Shown here: piece by piece, positions 38,911 through 53,390 of the stretch
Layout: the number at the start of each line of letters is the position of its first letter
How positions within the stretch are numbered: the first letter of the stretch is position 1
Origin: Eledone cirrhosa
Lineage: Eukaryota
DNA length: 64,000 bases
Reading direction: 5' to 3'
NCBI GenBank assembly: GCA_964016885.1
Contig: OZ024747.1
Span: 13,826,001-13,890,000, forward strand
The notes under the pieces: generated by a model
The model's database searches: none
What the model was told of the DNA's origin: nothing
What the model saw: only the letters and a program-made list of their open reading frames with translations
Program-made: the position numbers and the translations under genes

Positions 38911-41900
38911 ATAGACTGATAAACTAACTGTTACTCAGCATGACTATCAAGTGCCATCTTCAAATAATATACTTTTTAATTAAACTGTTTCTTTTAACTC
39001 TTAACATCCTGTAATGATTTAATATGAAATATCTAAAAAGGAGTTTAATTCAAATGTGTATAGAATCTTTACCAGTGAACAGATCACCATGAAAATTTGC
39101 ATTATTAAGGTTAAAAATAAAGTACCAGTAATGTACTGGGTAATTGCTGGCCTTGTGCCAAAAGTAGAAACAATTGTTAAGGTTAAGACTTTTGTGGCCG
39201 TATTTCTAAAGAGAAACACCATTTCAATTAATAAGGAATTTTAAGGGATTAGCTAAAACTATTTCATTCCTAGTATAAGAATAAGAGCCTAGATATGGCT
39301 CTTATATAAAGTTATGCTAGTTGATATTAATTCAAATAAGAACCCTTTAAAATGTGTGGTTTTGTTTCATAGAACCATAGGCAACTTTGGGTGGGTTGGT
39401 AATTTTAGTATCATGCCATTATAGTGCTGTTTTTTACCTTTCAAAATGTCTGGCTAATGTGGTATCATGTGGTACAGGACGTTGACTTGATTTTGTTTTT
39501 GTACCTGCTTGTATTAGTCTTCATTGTACTGGGGGGTGGGAGAGCATCCTCCACAGTCCTTCTGTTATCTATCTTGAAGAATCTGACACATTACTGGGTT
39601 TACAATTTGGTGGTGGTAATGGGTGTGTCTTTTTCTTGACTTTTATCCTTCTGTCTGGGTAATGAAATGTAATTCTTCCCTGCCCTTGCTAGCAGGAAAA
39701 AGGATGTTAAATGATGATGATGAATTATAGCATGAGTTATATTAACCCTTCTGTTACCATATTTCCAATGAAAGTTTGTGATTTTAATTTGGAAATTAAG
39801 AATTTGGAAGGGTTTTGTAATAGGACTAACTTTCTCATTATTTATTTGGTGTTTGGAGCATAACTTAACGAAAGCTCTGACATTAAATTATGATATATAT
39901 ATTTTAAAACAAACAGCTTTATATTGTAACACCGGAGGTTGTTTGGCATCAAAAGGGCTTGTCTGCAAAAGGAAGGTTTGGCATCTAGCTTTAAAAGTAC
40001 TTTCACTAAATAATTCATATGTAGTTTTGAAAAGGTTAACCTACATTTGTTTATATGAAAATGAAGAAGAAAACAGGATGGGGATGTAAAATAGTTTTTG
40101 TTAGTTTAGCATTGTCTATGTGTATTTTACAGTCAAATTTTCAGTATCTGACACTTTTAATAAATTAAAAATGAAATAAGGGAAACAATGTCCCTGGTTC
40201 GATAATACAAAGCTGTTTATACTTGTATTAAAATCTTCCATCATATTTTAATATGGTACCCCAGCATGGCTTCAGCAAGTCAGCTGGGACAGCTAAAAGA
40301 GTAAGTAATGCTCCATGCATAATCATATTTCTAATGAAAGACATTGCCTATAATTTTGAAAACAATCAAGAATCTGGAGAGACTTAGCAATATAGCTGTT
40401 GTTTGGAACATACCTTAACAAAGGTTCTTACACAAAATTATGCTAAAAGATTTTTAGATAACTTTACACACTTTGCATGGTAAAATGTTGGTTGGTTTCT
40501 GGCAGTTTGGTATCGAAAGGATTAATAATGATAAAGTTATATTACAAAATTTCTTCAAATTCCTAATTATTTTAAAAATTAACTAAACAGAGTATTTCAT
40601 TAGAAATATGGAAATGGAAAGGTTAACCTGTTAACTCATGCGAAAACTGTCCTAATTCTATGATGACAGATCTCTTATTTTAAATTATTCATATTTAAAT
40701 AAAAAGTAATGTTATGAAAGACTATTTTTATTCAGCTGTGTACTAAATTCCAGCTTAATAATGTGGATAGTTATTTTACTAATTATTTCTAATTGTTGGT
40801 TATTTCTAAAATTAACTGAAACATATAGATGGTGTATTTCGTTAGAAATATTTTAATGATATGGTTAAACATTAGTTTACAATGCTGCATATTGTTCGTT
40901 TTTCTGTCTACACAATCACCACTATCATCCTCAAAACCTCCATAAACTGCCATCATCATCAATATTACTATCATCACCACCAGTAGTAGTAGTATGTGGT
41001 GCTCTGCAGTTAAACTCAAAATACTATTAACCTCTTCTTTTTCTTCCTTGGTAAATTTAACATCACAGTACTTTTCACTGCTGATTTCTTTTCATTTATT
41101 TTATATATATAATATCACTTTATAGTCATTTGACTTTCTAGAAATAGCAGCTAAATTGTCTTTAAATCATACCCTACTTTCAAAATAGACACATTAGGTA
41201 ATGTAGTCCTAGAAGCATTGAAAAAAAAATATATATGTTACCCATAGCTGGAATGTTTTTGAACATTGAACTGAAGTTAAACAACAGCAATGTATGTATA
41301 ATGTAAAATATATTTTTATTGTGCTGAAACTTCGCTACTCTCAATGGTTATGAATACATTTTGATTTATTTTAAGTAGATACGAGGTTCCAAGCCTATGG
41401 GAATTTGTAAATGTGTTTGATACATACTTTTCCTTAGGAGGCATTAACCATATTGGTTCCAAGCCACCTGATACTGCTCTTGCTCCTACAATAATTAGTT
41501 GCTTATTTCCTGTGTATCTATCTAAAGACCTACAAAGGTTCTTGAAAAAATTACATTAAAATGTAAATAAAAAAACAGAAATAGCTTACTCACTGTCAGA
41601 AACATGCCACTGACCAAGTAATATGGAAAAGGAAGGAACTCTCAGAAATCTTTAAAAACATGCTAGCTCTGGTTCTGTGATACAAAACTTTGTTTGAAAG
41701 TGTCTATATTTATCTAAAATTTTCAATCATAATTATGTAAGAATCTTTTTTTTAAATTGTTTCAAACATCAGATTAATGATGAAAAAGTCAGTTATATTA
41801 TTAAATCCCTCAAAATTATCATTTTCAAAATGATTTGAAAATCCTAACCAACGTCTTAGCGTAGAAATATGGCAATGAAAGGAATAGAAATAACTTGGAC

Positions 41901-42127
41901 TTAAAACAAAGTAGCAGGACTTGTCTACATCATCATCATCATACGTCCGCTTTTCCCTGCTTGCAAGGGTGGGACGGGAACTGATTCTGGCTTGATTTCT
42001 ACAGCTGGATGCCCTTCCTAACACCAACCTCATTTACAGTGAGTGCTGGGTGCTTTTTTTCCATGGCGCCTACACGTCCACTTTACAGTGGAATGATAGG
42101 GACCCCAGTCCCTATCATCTCATTTCT

Positions 42128-42257
42128 ATAGCTGAGTAAACTGGAGCAATGTGAAATAAAGTGTCTTGCTCAAGGAAACAACACATGACCGGTCTGAGAA
42201 TTGAATTCACAACCTTTCGATTGCAAGGCCAATGCTCTAACCACTAAGCCATGTGCC
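42128..42257 (-). mobile_element. CORE-type tRNA-derived SINE (family B), representative copy
   Basis: Minus strand GGCTTAGTGGTTAGAGC head and CCTTGAGCAAGACACTTTATTTCAC core. Relatives at about 11740, 32010, 38610, 46470, 49497 and 56908. Confidence 0.7.
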
Positions 42258-43635
42258 TCTACATAGAAACATATTTCATACTCTGTCTATATTCAAAATT
42301 ACATACAGGTTAAGTGATTATTAAAACCTACTTAATGAAGGCTAAGAACTAGAAGAATGTCCTTGATAATTTTTTTAAAAAATCCACTGAATTTCTTCTG
42401 CAACATGAAACAACTATATAAATGGTGTGACTATACTGACATTTTCACTGACATTTTCAATCTAAGATTGCTGTTACTCTTATTTCCTGCCTACACATAG
42501 CTGGGCATTATTCTGTTATTTCTTCTTAATCATTTTAACCCTTTCATTATCATATTTTTAGTAAGATGAATTATTACTAAGCTAAGAGAGAAAGTTTTTA
42601 GGTAAACATTAACACTTTAAAATAAACAATTTAGTATTGTAGAACCAGAGGCAGTTTAGTATCATAAAAGATAGACAAGTTTAGTATTTAAAGATAATAT
42701 TATCAAGTTTGGTATTTAAAGATAGACAAGAGTAATATTTCTGACCAGATAACATGAATTGATTCCACAGTGTTTGAGGAATATAACAAACTGTACAATG
42801 GAGGAAGATAGACTATATTCTACCACATGTGCAGAATCATTTTTTTTATTTATTTTTCTTTAAGATATTCATTGTTATTATTAATTAATGTAATTGATAG
42901 CTAGATTTATATTTAACTTTAGTTTTTAATTACCCTATATACTCACATATAAGTTGCACAGTCATTTTATATACAACATTCTCAACTCGGTACATGATTC
43001 ACATATAAGTTTTTGCTGGCTTTAAAATTGTTTTTATGAAAAAAAGTTGACACAATAAATTTTTGTTTCTGAAAATCTTGATCAATCTACAGAGAAATGC
43101 ATAAATTATCTAAATGAATGTATGTGTTTGTGTATGCATTTTTATGCAGCTTCAGTTAAATCCTGTACAGTTTGTGTACACACATGAATTTATAGTATAC
43201 TCCAGTCATTTAATGCACAATTTAATATATATGTCCCACCCTTACAAGCAGGGAAAAGCAGACGTAAAATGATGATGATGATGATGATTTTATATAACTT
43301 TGATACACATGCATTAATTTGGCCTTATGATGGGGTTATTATAGATTGAAATCTACCATTTTTAGTTCTGTTTTGTTGCCTCTTTCCTTTCACTCCTCTT
43401 TCTGTCTTTTTCCATTCTCTGCATTTACCATAAACAAACTTCGATTACATGAAGTTGTCCAAGCAATTTGTAGTAAAAAATGTCCTCTAACTTCTAAAGA
43501 TAAGCGAGAGATAACTCCAATAAGATAAGTTGCATGAAATTTGAACTAGATATAGATTTTTTGGCACATCTCAACTAATGGTAGAAGACTTGTTATATAT
43601 ATATATAGATATATGTATTTTCTTTTATTAAACAG

Positions 43636-43674
43636 GTAAAAAATCTCTTGGTAGAGTTGGATCCTGTCTTAGAG
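43636..43674 (+). CDS. WDR47: Candidate 39-nt cassette microexon of WDR47
   Basis: TTTTCTTTTATTAAACAG|GT AAA AAA TCT CTT GGT AGA GTT GGA TCC TGT CTT AGA G|GTAACT. Phase 1 to 1, no stop. Confidence 0.45.
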
Positions 43675-43721
43675 GTAACTGATAGAATAACAATATAAAC
43701 TGTTGTGGCATATTGTCAGGC

Positions 43722-44250
43722 TTATTATTATTATTATTATTATTATTATTGTTCTTTGAGTCTCAGTCATTGATGTTAGTTAACTGGAAAGTTTGTTGAA
43801 ATGAATATCAAGCCACTACCTGCAGCCTCAGATATTCAGGACGTATCGGAGGGTTCTTGCTGTTCCCAGCAAGCATGCCTTTTGAAGCATTCCAAAAAGC
43901 GTGAAGGGGCCAATTTTCTTTAACCATCCCTGGAAACTTTTTGAGATAGTACCTAGTGCGCCTATGACAATCGGGACCACTTTGACATCATGGCAGTTCC
44001 AAATCCTTTTTACCTCCCACTTTAAGTCCTGGTATCGGTTAATTTTCTCCCTCTCCTTCTCTTGCACTCTCGTGTCGAATGGGCAGGCCACATCCACAAT
44101 CAGGCACAATCTTTTTTCTTTGTCCAAAACCACCAGGTCAGGTCTATTGTGTTCCAGTTTCTTGTCCGTCTGTATCCTAAAATCCCACAGCACCTTCAAC
44201 TGATCGTTTTCTATCACCGACTCTGGCTTATGCTCATACCACTTCTCATT
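43722..44250 (-). mobile_element. 5'-truncated R4/Dong-clade non-LTR retrotransposon (restriction-like endonuclease domain, 3' UTR and (TAA)n)
   Basis: KWYEHKPESVIEN...LWDFRIQTDKKLEHNRPDLVVLD...IVDVACP...KINRYQDL...VVPIVIGALG is a PD-(D/E)xK RLE domain. Ends in a TAA microsatellite at 43722-43750. Confidence 0.9.
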
Positions 44251-45442
44251 ATATGTAATGGTGTTGCAGTTTGATTGATAAGAATATTCGAGAAGTTAAT
44301 CTAGTTAATATAGGCTTTGAATTGGCAGTCATTAAAGTGCCTGATTAAATGCCCCTGTCTTTGTTTCGGCTCTCTGCATTCCGAGTTCAAATCCAAGGTC
44401 AACTTTGATTTTCACCTTTTTGGGTTGATAAAGCAAATACCAATCCAGCAGCAGTGGGTTGATGGTGTTGTTAAATAGTCAGACAGGAGGCTTTACAGTA
44501 TGGCTCTGTGCATTCTGAGTTCAAATCCTGCCTCTTCCTGCCAGGAGTTGCAGTCAGCAGATACTATCAGCAATGAAATGACCAATGGAAATATAGTTTC
44601 CTTGGTTCAATCTGATTATCAGTTCTTTTCTTATGAGTTAATTTGAACATCCAACAAAAGTGATTGCTTTCATTGTTGTTGTCAATATTGTTGTCGTCGT
44701 TGTCAATATTGTTGTCGTCGTTTTCATTGTTGTTGTTGTTGTTTAGTGCCAAATCAAGTCTGAGTGAGCAGACTTGACCAAAGGCATTTTCATTGTGACC
44801 ATCCCATCATGTTTTAAGACATTGTGTATCTAGGACTATATCATTTAATACGCCCTGTGAGGATTTTATAGGGAGATTCGGCTTCTATTTTTAGCAGGTC
44901 AAGTGACCATGTCATAGTACCAGCTGTTGCTGTTAGTAGTTAATAAATTGATTGATTATTTTTTAAATTATTTGAAAATTATAGGCAGCATCTCATTAGA
45001 AATATAATAATGAAAGGGTTAAGAGCCACTTGAGATACGCTCCAGAGTTGCATATAGCTCTAGAGCCACAGGTTCCCCACCCTTGTCTTTCAGTACATTT
45101 ATCACATCATTCATGTCATTTGACTGATGAAACTAGTGTTTTTATTAGATTCTGAGCCATACTTGATTACTAATTTGTTCAACACGTTGCTGTTCTCATT
45201 CTCACAGCTGCCTGTTTCTGTTTTTTTCTGTTAATGTTTGTCTTGTGTGTTGTCTGTATTAATTGGTGATAATATTCTTGTTAAGCAGCTCTGGTCAACT
45301 TTATGTGTTGCAAAAGAGGCTAATTGAATAATTAGGAAATCTAAGCTATCAGTTGAATGAACCTCTTTGCTATGTTACACTTCAGTTTTATCTATAACAG
45401 TCTACATTTCCTATTCAATCGTTGATTATTCATACATGTATA

Positions 45443-45890
45443 CTAGTTGACCAGTGCTGTCAATAATGATGGCAATAGTATCACATATTTTATTTTTGGA
45501 GTCCAGAATTGGTATGCCATATATACTAGGATTATTGGATATATGAACTAACATACAAACTGGAAAATTTGAGTTTTGATAGATTAATGATTTGCATAAG
45601 AGAAACTCTATAGTGTATGTTGATAAATGATATGTGGAAGTGATTAATGATAAAAATGATATTATAATAATTCATTTCTAAGATATAATTGCATAAATGT
45701 AATGTATGTTCAAATGACATGCAGGATTAAATGTATGAGTAACTTTGGAGAAATAACTATTTGCAGACCCAAATGTAGAGTTCAAAGCAAAGACCTTGTG
45801 ATTGGAAAGCGAACTTCTTTTTGTAGCAACATGACTGATGTAGGAAATGTATTGTCTGTGTGTATACGAAAATTTTAAAGAGTTATACAA
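45443..45890 (-). mobile_element. Non-autonomous Helitron, second copy
   Basis: Clear similarity to 19124-19619. Plus strand A-CTAG-TTGACCAGT-GCTGTCA-ATAA-TGATGGC places a hairpin 9 nt from the CTAG end. Confidence 0.7.
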
Positions 45891-47243
45891 ACATATCATC
45901 ATCATCGTTTAACGTCTATCTTCCACGCTAGCATGGGTTTAGACGGGAATAGTCCCACTTGAGGTAAGATTAGTTGGGTGATCATGTCTCACTCGTATAG
46001 GACTGTCTGGCAGGTTTTCTATGGCTGGATGCCCTTCCTAACACCAATCACATTTACAGTGTGGACTGGAAGGTTTTTTATTATGTTTGGTGATATTTTG
46101 CTGTCTAGCTAAGTTGTTGTTACAGCTCACATATGTTGCATTTCATAGGAGGAGTCTTAGGTGTTTTAATCAAACTTCCTCTGGTTCTACAATACATGAC
46201 TGTTTGTTCTAAGTAGTTTATATTTATCTAAAAACGTTCCATCATACTTTTATGTAAGATCCTTTGTTCCAAACATCAGCTTAATAATTAGTAAGTTAGT
46301 GTAATTCTAAATTCCTCTGAATTTTTTATTATTTGAAAAAAAAATATTTCAAAATCATGGGCAGTGAATTTTATTAGAAATATTGTAATACAAAAAGTTA
46401 ATGATAGGGGCCTTAGTTGTTGCTAGTACTAATTTTTTCTTCAGCTTAGCTGACTGGAATGGTATAGAATACAGCATATTGTTCAAGAGAACACAATACA
46501 CCTTCTAGTCCAGGAATTGAACCCATGGCCATATTATGGTTGTGAGTTCAACTCATTGATTAACCACCAAGTCACATATTCTCTGTGTATTAGATAAAAT
46601 AAGTAGTAATAATATACAGTGAATTTTATTATTTTATGGCTCCAGGTCAGCCCTGATTGGGTAGACTTAAGTAGAAAGGGGTTCTAGTTGTAACCACATA
46701 ATTATTTTATGTGTTGGTAGTGGTGTGGTTGTGTTCAGGCAGAGTATATCATACAATATGTTCTTCCTTTCATTTTTATGTTGGTAGTGTGAGATTTGGC
46801 TGCTATTTCCGGCAGGTCAAGCAACTATTGACTCAATGTACATTGATGGATTCATTTTGCAGCCAATGGAAAACAGATGAAAGGAAGAAATATAATCAGT
46901 GTTGGCACTAGATACCACAAAGCAAGCAACAAGCTTAGTACACTATAATTTACACTGAATTCTCTTCCTGGTATTCTAATACAACGTAATGGAATGGGAA
47001 TAGGTTTCTTTTGATTTGGTCAGAAGATTAATCTTTCTAGATTTCCACCATTAATAATAGTAATGTATATAATTGTTTCTACTTTAGGCACAAGGCCAGC
47101 AAATTAGCCAGTTCATTACTGGTACTTTATTTTATCGACCCCATAAGGATGAAAGGCGAAGTCAACCTCGGTATATAATGATGATGAGTATAATCATAGT
47201 GATTATTTCATATACATATATATATCTATATATGTACATATAT

Positions 47244-47283
<40 letters not shown>

Positions 47284-47299
47284 TTATATGTACATATAT

Positions 47300-47985
47300 A
47301 CATCATCATCATTGTTTAATGTCTATCTTCCACGCTAGCATCGGTTAGACGGGAGTTGTCCCACTTGAGGCAAGGTTGGTCCGGTGACTGTGTCTTCCTC
47401 ATATAGGACTATCTAGCAGGTTTTCTATGGCTGGATGCCCTTCCTAACACCAACCACATTTACAGTGTGGAACTGGGAACTTTTTCCCGTGTTACCTACA
47501 CGGCCACATTACAGCGTGGACTGTGTGTTTTTTTTTTTTGTCATGACACCTACACAATCTTGATCTCGATCTCATTTATACATATATATCTATATGTATA
47601 TATATGTACATATATATAATACATATATATGTACATCATCATCATCATCATCGTTTAACGTCCATCTTCCACGCTAGCATGGGTTTGGATGGGAGTTTTC
47701 CCACTTGAGGCAAGATTGGTTGTGCTGCTCGTATAGGACTGTCTGGCGGGTTTTCTACGGCTGGATGCCCTTCCTAACACCAACCACATTTACAGTGTGT
47801 ACTGGGAGGTTTTTACCGTGTTACCTACACGGCCAGATTACAGCGTGGACTGTGTGTTTTTTGTCGTGACACCTACATGTCTGGCAGGTTGTCTACGGCT
47901 GGGTGCCCACGGCTGGGTGCCCTTCCCAACACCAACCACGTTTACAGTGTGTACTGGGAGGTTTTTACCGTGTTACCTACACCAT
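47300..47985 (-). mobile_element. Cluster of (GAT)n-tailed retroposon (SINE-like family C) copies with an internal duplication
   Basis: Repeated CATCATCGTTTAACGTC...GCATGGGTT...GGCTGGATGCCCTTCCTAACACCAACCAC. Relatives at about 1670, 9000, 41928 and 45895. Confidence 0.75.
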
Positions 47986-50900
47986 CCTTATATTTTCATG
48001 CTTGCATGGGCTGGTCCAATCTTCTCCAGCACAATGTTCTAAGATCAACTATGTATGTATGAGTGTGACAGATGGTCTTCTACAACTTCTGTCTACCGAA
48101 TTTCCGTCATATGACATTGGTCAACCTGGGGTTATAATAGAAGACACTTCGTGAGAATTTCAAAAGCACACCATCTAAACATAATGTGTTGATTACCTGC
48201 ATTGGTTTATAAACTGGTTTGGATTTTTGCCTATTTCTCAGACATAAAATAGGCGGGGGTGGGGATTATATTCGAGTATATATGGTGTATGTAGTTCAGT
48301 TGTATTTTTTAATCATCTGATAATATTTTTTCATCTGTAATGATAGTCATATAATTTTTAAAGTATCTACATTTTGTAATGTTATGTATCTGTTCATTAT
48401 TCTGCTGAATATAAAATCAGTATGTGTGTGTGCAGACACGTTTGTATCTTGCATACTTTGGTAATAGAAATGTTAATTGCTGGCTGTGACTGTTAATAGT
48501 GTTGTTTTGTTTCTACATATATATGGGATGAACCTCATTAAAACTGTCCTAAATTTGACTCTGAATTCTCAGACATTGAGCAGTAACAAAATTGTCATTA
48601 TGGTAGCTAATATCCCTCCTTTATTAGTTAGGACAATTTTACAAGAGTATCAACGTTTTGGTACCCGTTATTGGTCATCTATTTCTTCTGAATATGTCTT
48701 TGAAAGGGATATAGCTCAATAGGCAGGTTTGTCCAATATACTACAAGAAGTTTCTGTCATCAGCTATGCTCCGCCCTATGATCCAAATAATATGAAGGAC
48801 TTGCGATGTAAGTCAGTGAAACTAGTTGGAATAGTTTTTATGTTAACCCTTTTGATACCAAATTGCCTGAAATCACCCCTGGTTCTATGATACAAACATT
48901 TATAAAATGTTTATATTTATCTAAAAACCTTCCGTCATAATTTTATGTAAGAGCCTTATGTTTTGCTCTAAACACCAGCTGTGTATTTGAAAATTATAGA
49001 CAGTGTATTTTATTAGAAATAAATATGGTAATGAAATTGTTAAAATTTGGTGTCTCACTTTTCAGAATTGAAACCATGTTGTTTCTGTATCAATGTCCCT
49101 CCCACACACAAACTTAACTCTTGTTTACTATATTGATGTCCTTTTTTCATCTACTCACCAGTAATTTTCTAGATATTACTATAATTGAAGAGTTGATAGG
49201 AAACCCTAGAGGAAGAGAGGATATTTTCAGTTTGTCAAAAGCCTACATGGTATGGTTCTCTGACAGCATTTCAATTGATTTATTTTGACTGTTCTAAAAG
49301 TGTCCCCATCCCAATTACTTCTCCATTCTGTCCCTCATCCTTTAAACAAATGTTTTTTCAAAGCTTAGATCTGACAGGAAGTATAATATAGGCATCTGTA
49401 ATTACAGGGTTTGTTTTATGTAGAGGTTTAAAGACAGAAGTTGTCATCAGTAAGGTCACAGCATTTGTTTTAATTGCTACTAATTGTTAAATCTGTGAAG
49501 GCATGCTGCTTAGTGGTTAGGGTTTTCATGATTTTGCTTCCCTGTGAAGCATTATACTCTTCAGCAAAACACTTTATTTCACATTGCTCTGATTCGCTCA
49601 GCTGGAAACAATGAATTGTACTTGTGATTCAAGGGACCAGAATTATGTTATGAGCATGCTCTTCTGTTGATTAAACAACTGAGGCATTGATCAAAACTGA
49701 TGGGGGGTGTCCAACATGTGTTCAACTTCTTATTAAGCTTAATGTTTGGAACATAACTTTACAAAGGTTCTTACATAAAGTTATGACAGAAGGTTTTTAG
49801 ATAAATATAAACACTTTAGTATTGTAGAACTAGGTCCAGTTTCAGGCAGTTTCATATCAAAAACATTAATCAAAAGTTGAAATATAAATTAAATATTTAA
49901 AAAAGGGATTTATGACTTATCTCCACATTTCCTCTTTTTTTATTCCCCTTATCTTGTATGGAGTTTTCTTTTTACTGGAAATGCAAAAATGTATCTGTGG
50001 CACCCCACAGCGCTATGGCTCAGTGGTTGAAAGCATCTGTTTGTAAAGTGATGATGTTGGAATAGGTCTTTGACTGCTGTTCTTTGGTTGTGTGTGTAAA
50101 GAACATTAAATTCTTCATATTTCTTCAAATTCTCATAACAACAAGGTGACCTGTTTGGCATCACTCTTTATCCATCTGTTCACTTGCACTGTTCCACATG
50201 CTGCTATTTGTTTTTCCCAAAGTGTTAGGAATAAATCTGGGGCAAGTGGAAAAACCAAGAGCTATTGTAATAAACATGATGGCCTAAATAAAATATAGAT
50301 TCTATCATGTCTTTTAGAATTCTATTTTCGAAGTCTATTTCAGAATCATAGTTATTCTTTTCTGGCATAGGCCAGTAGTTTTTTGTTTTTTTGTTTGTTA
50401 TATAACTACCATTGTATAGATCAGCACAAACCCAAATATTGATACTGTGCACCCTAGCTTTAAATGGAATATACTGTTTTCAATTCTATGTGATTCTTAT
50501 AACCAAGCATAACATCAATGTAACATTTTTGTTACCATATATGTAAGGAAACCTATTACTTATGTGTTTATTTTGGAGAATAACATAATGTGTTTTTATA
50601 CAAAATTATGTTGGAATGTTTTTAGATAAATAGAAACACTTTAAAACAAACAGTTTTGTATTGGAGAACCAGGGGAGAAAAAGGGTTAAATGTTCAAAAC
50701 ATTCTCTAGAAAATTTTAAATCCAAGCTGAATATCTAGGAAAATAGGTCCATGACTTAATATAGTTATTATGCTAGAAATACAATTTACAGGATTGACAA
50801 AAAGATAGGAGAAATGTTTAAAAAAAAGTGGTGGGGTGGCTATGAAGTTAGGACAAACTCCTGCCACTTAGCTGGATGGTTTATTTTATTATGATGGTAC

Positions 50901-53354
50901 TAAGCTTATTATTACCATCATGGTCATACATTCTGGAAAGGCTACAATTTCTTTTTCAATGGTTTCATATAATTTTCTATTGGGGAGATGTTCCACACCT
51001 CTACAGACATAACTCTGTATAAATATATTGGAGAACACTATCTATTTCTGTCTTATCTCTAATTTTTGTATGTATTGGCATTGGTCCTGAAAACTGTTCG
51101 TTAATTCTGTCAGGGCGTCTATAAATTCATGTGTTTACATATAAATTTCTTCTATTTTCAATTATATTTTCACTGCTACTGAAATCAAACAGTAATGCCT
51201 ACCATCTACAGTGAAATTAAAACATTTCTCTCAGATATTGTCTATATCTTGGAAGATAAAACTTTGATTTTTATCTTTGGGACAAGTTTTTTGTGTAAAG
51301 TTTGAAAAATAAAAAAATATTGTACATCTTTCATTTTGAATCGTTTTGGACTGTCTTCGGTCATGTATGCTTATGGAATGTCTTTTAGGAGTAGGATACT
51401 ATTAAGTGGATGGGCAGTGCCAGATATAGACTTGGTGAGGCCCCAGATTATATAAAACTTTGAGACCCTTTGTTAAAAAATATTATACCTGGAAGTCACA
51501 CAAAAATTGAAAACTTTGATTTTGATGCCTTTTAATTATTTTGAAGTCCTATGCTGTAATTTGTTTAGCTTATGTCTAAATCTGTATCTAAGGATATTTG
51601 AATAGGAGTAACTGAAAATAAACTTAGTCCAACCAGAAATACAAAGTATCTAAATTTACTCATCGATCCAACCCATGCTGTTCTAAAACAGTAGCTGTAA
51701 TAATGTTTTAATGCTGTATTTACAAATACAATTCGTTATGATACAACATCCTGACTTTCATTTCCTCTTCCGTCATCTTTAGTCATGTCAGTCTTGGTCT
51801 TCCTCTTCCTCTTTTCCTATTTATTTCCATCACACCTCTTACTCAGTCCTTTCATCCTTCCTCAACACATGACCCAGCTACCTCATCACATTCCTCTTTA
51901 CAGCATTCATCACTAGCTCTATTTCTATCAACCTTTGTAATACATTCTATGTCTTCTTATTCACTGAACCATCCTCGACAATAGACAACATTGTATGATG
52001 GATGTTATACAATACAACAGTGCATGGATGTTTATATAAGTACATTTGTGTTGTAACATAGTGAGATAGGATGAGATTTGGTTCAATGCCTCTATGGAAT
52101 TTATGAAATTTATATTAACAGATATAACATAGATAGTAGAGGATTTAACCAAAGCTGAAATAAGATGTGTACATGTTTATATATATATAAGTATGTTTAT
52201 CTACATACATATTTCTCACAGATACAGTTAAATCCTGTACTGTTTGTGTGTTACATAAGCATATCACATCAATGGAAGTACTGATAAGAGTTTCATTAGC
52301 TTGTGATTTTGTGTTCTAATACTGCAAAGAGTATAAACTCAGAAGAGGTGCTGGGCTTTACCTGGTTGATGCTTCATAGATACTTTAGATCAGGGTCAGG
52401 GGCCCTTTTCAAGCTGAAGAACCATTTTTAGCTTATAAATTAATTAATAAATAGTAATTTTGACTATGATTATCAGAACTGCACGATTTATTAAAAATAA
52501 AAATCCTCACTAGAAAACATGAACTTTTTTCCTAATCAATGCAATTTGGTGGGGAGCTTTGAATCTTATCTTTCTGACAAGCTTCTTCACAGTTTCTGTG
52601 TTCCCTATTTCACTCACAACCCTATTGCAAAAACACTTGCTCAAGATGCCACAAAATGGGATTGAAACCAGAGCCCCATGATTGCAAAGAAATCTTGTTA
52701 ACCAGTTAGTTATGGTTATATCTACAATAGCTTTTACTCAGACATACTAGCAGCTGTGAATTGAGAAATGTTTAAGACCTTTTAAAATTTCTTTAGTTAC
52801 TATTTTCTATATTTCTGCTTGTCTAGTCGTATTTATATTGTAAATAATCAATGGTAAAATCTTAAGATATATGTTATATATTTATTGGACTTTGTTACAC
52901 CAGATAGCAGCTGGCTAGTAATTGTGATGATGTTAGTGGTGTCAGTAGTTTTCAGGTGAAATCAAAATCAATAGTTCATTTCTTGGTACAGATCAAAAGT
53001 CATATATTATTGAACTCTTCAGTTGAACCTTTTCGATACCAAACTGTCTGAAACTGTCCTGGATTTATTATACAAAACTGCCTGTTTTTAAATGTTTATC
53101 CTTATATTAAATCCTTTCATTATAACATTATTTTAGACATGTTTGTCAAGTAATTTTCTAAATATCAGCTTATGTAAAACTTAGTTATTTTATTAAATTC
53201 CTCCAAATGTTTGGTTATTTTCAAAATTAACTGAAACCTATAGGCAGTGTATTTCATTAGAAATATGTTAATTAAATGAAATACTGTGTAATTAATTAGA
53301 AACATGGTTATGAATGGGTTAACATTTTTCATTGATACTGTATTTATTTATTAA

Positions 53355-53390
53355 TTTAATGACTTTTTGTTTGTTTGTTTCAGGTAAGTT
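53355..53390 (+). promoter_or_regulatory. Candidate recursive splice site (ratchet point) in the WDR47 long intron
   Basis: TTTAATGACTTTTTGTTTGTTTGTTTCAG|GTAAGTT: a full 3' splice site directly abutting a consensus GTAAGT, junction 53383/53384. Confidence 0.6.

Noticed and set aside
51755-51900. Possible RTE LINE remnant (GHVLR on the minus strand)
   Set aside because: Too degenerate and low-complexity to call with support.
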